A stretch of DNA of 63,872 nucleotides, counting the filler, from Octopus bimaculoides (taxonomy: Eukaryota): the NCBI RefSeq assembly GCF_001194135.2. It is 8 parts of 8 records of this genome, joined end to end, with 100 filler letters (N's around TTAATTAATTAA, not from the genome) between each part and the next. Parts side by side here need not be neighbours in the genome. Positions count along the whole stretch, not along the records: positions 61,527 to 63,872 come from NW_026309291.1; 7 more parts are not named here. One strand, written 5' to 3'. The position numbers were made by a program, and so were the translations under genes. How positions within the stretch are numbered: position 1 is the stretch's first letter; the number at the start of each line of letters is the position of its first letter. Below the pieces are notes generated by a model, which worked only from the letters and a program-made list of their open reading frames with translations, searched no databases and had not been told where the DNA came from. Of the stretch, positions 63,827 through 63,872 are shown in pieces.

Positions 63827-63872
<46 letters not shown>

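Overview
Eukaryotic, repeat-saturated genomic DNA. The SINE families, RTE 3' ends and microsatellite load suggest a coleoid cephalopod, probably Octopus (inference). The window is a gappy mosaic of eight blocks joined by seven artificial 100-bp spacers (44 N + TTAATTAATTAA + 44 N). The only host gene I can identify is a minus-strand thiopurine S-methyltransferase (TPMT). Three coding exons (93, 130, 75 nt) have canonical splice sites, with intron positions and phases matching vertebrate TPMT. The intervening ~53-nt exon and both ends of the CDS are not visible. The rest is mobile DNA: at least four tRNA-type SINE families; RTE, CR1-like, R4/Dong-like and other RLE LINE remnants; Penelope GIY-YIG remnants with minimal hammerhead-like motifs; decayed hAT (hATm-like), Tc1 and mariner transposases; and foldback MITEs. 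Most listed ORFs are microsatellite or N-gap artefacts. I found no convincing novel biological system. The best leads are a variant minimal hammerhead (U6 core, extra A), a multibranch RNA-like fold at 63.4 kb, the missing TPMT exon with flanking intronic inverted repeats, and several orphan splice-flanked exons.
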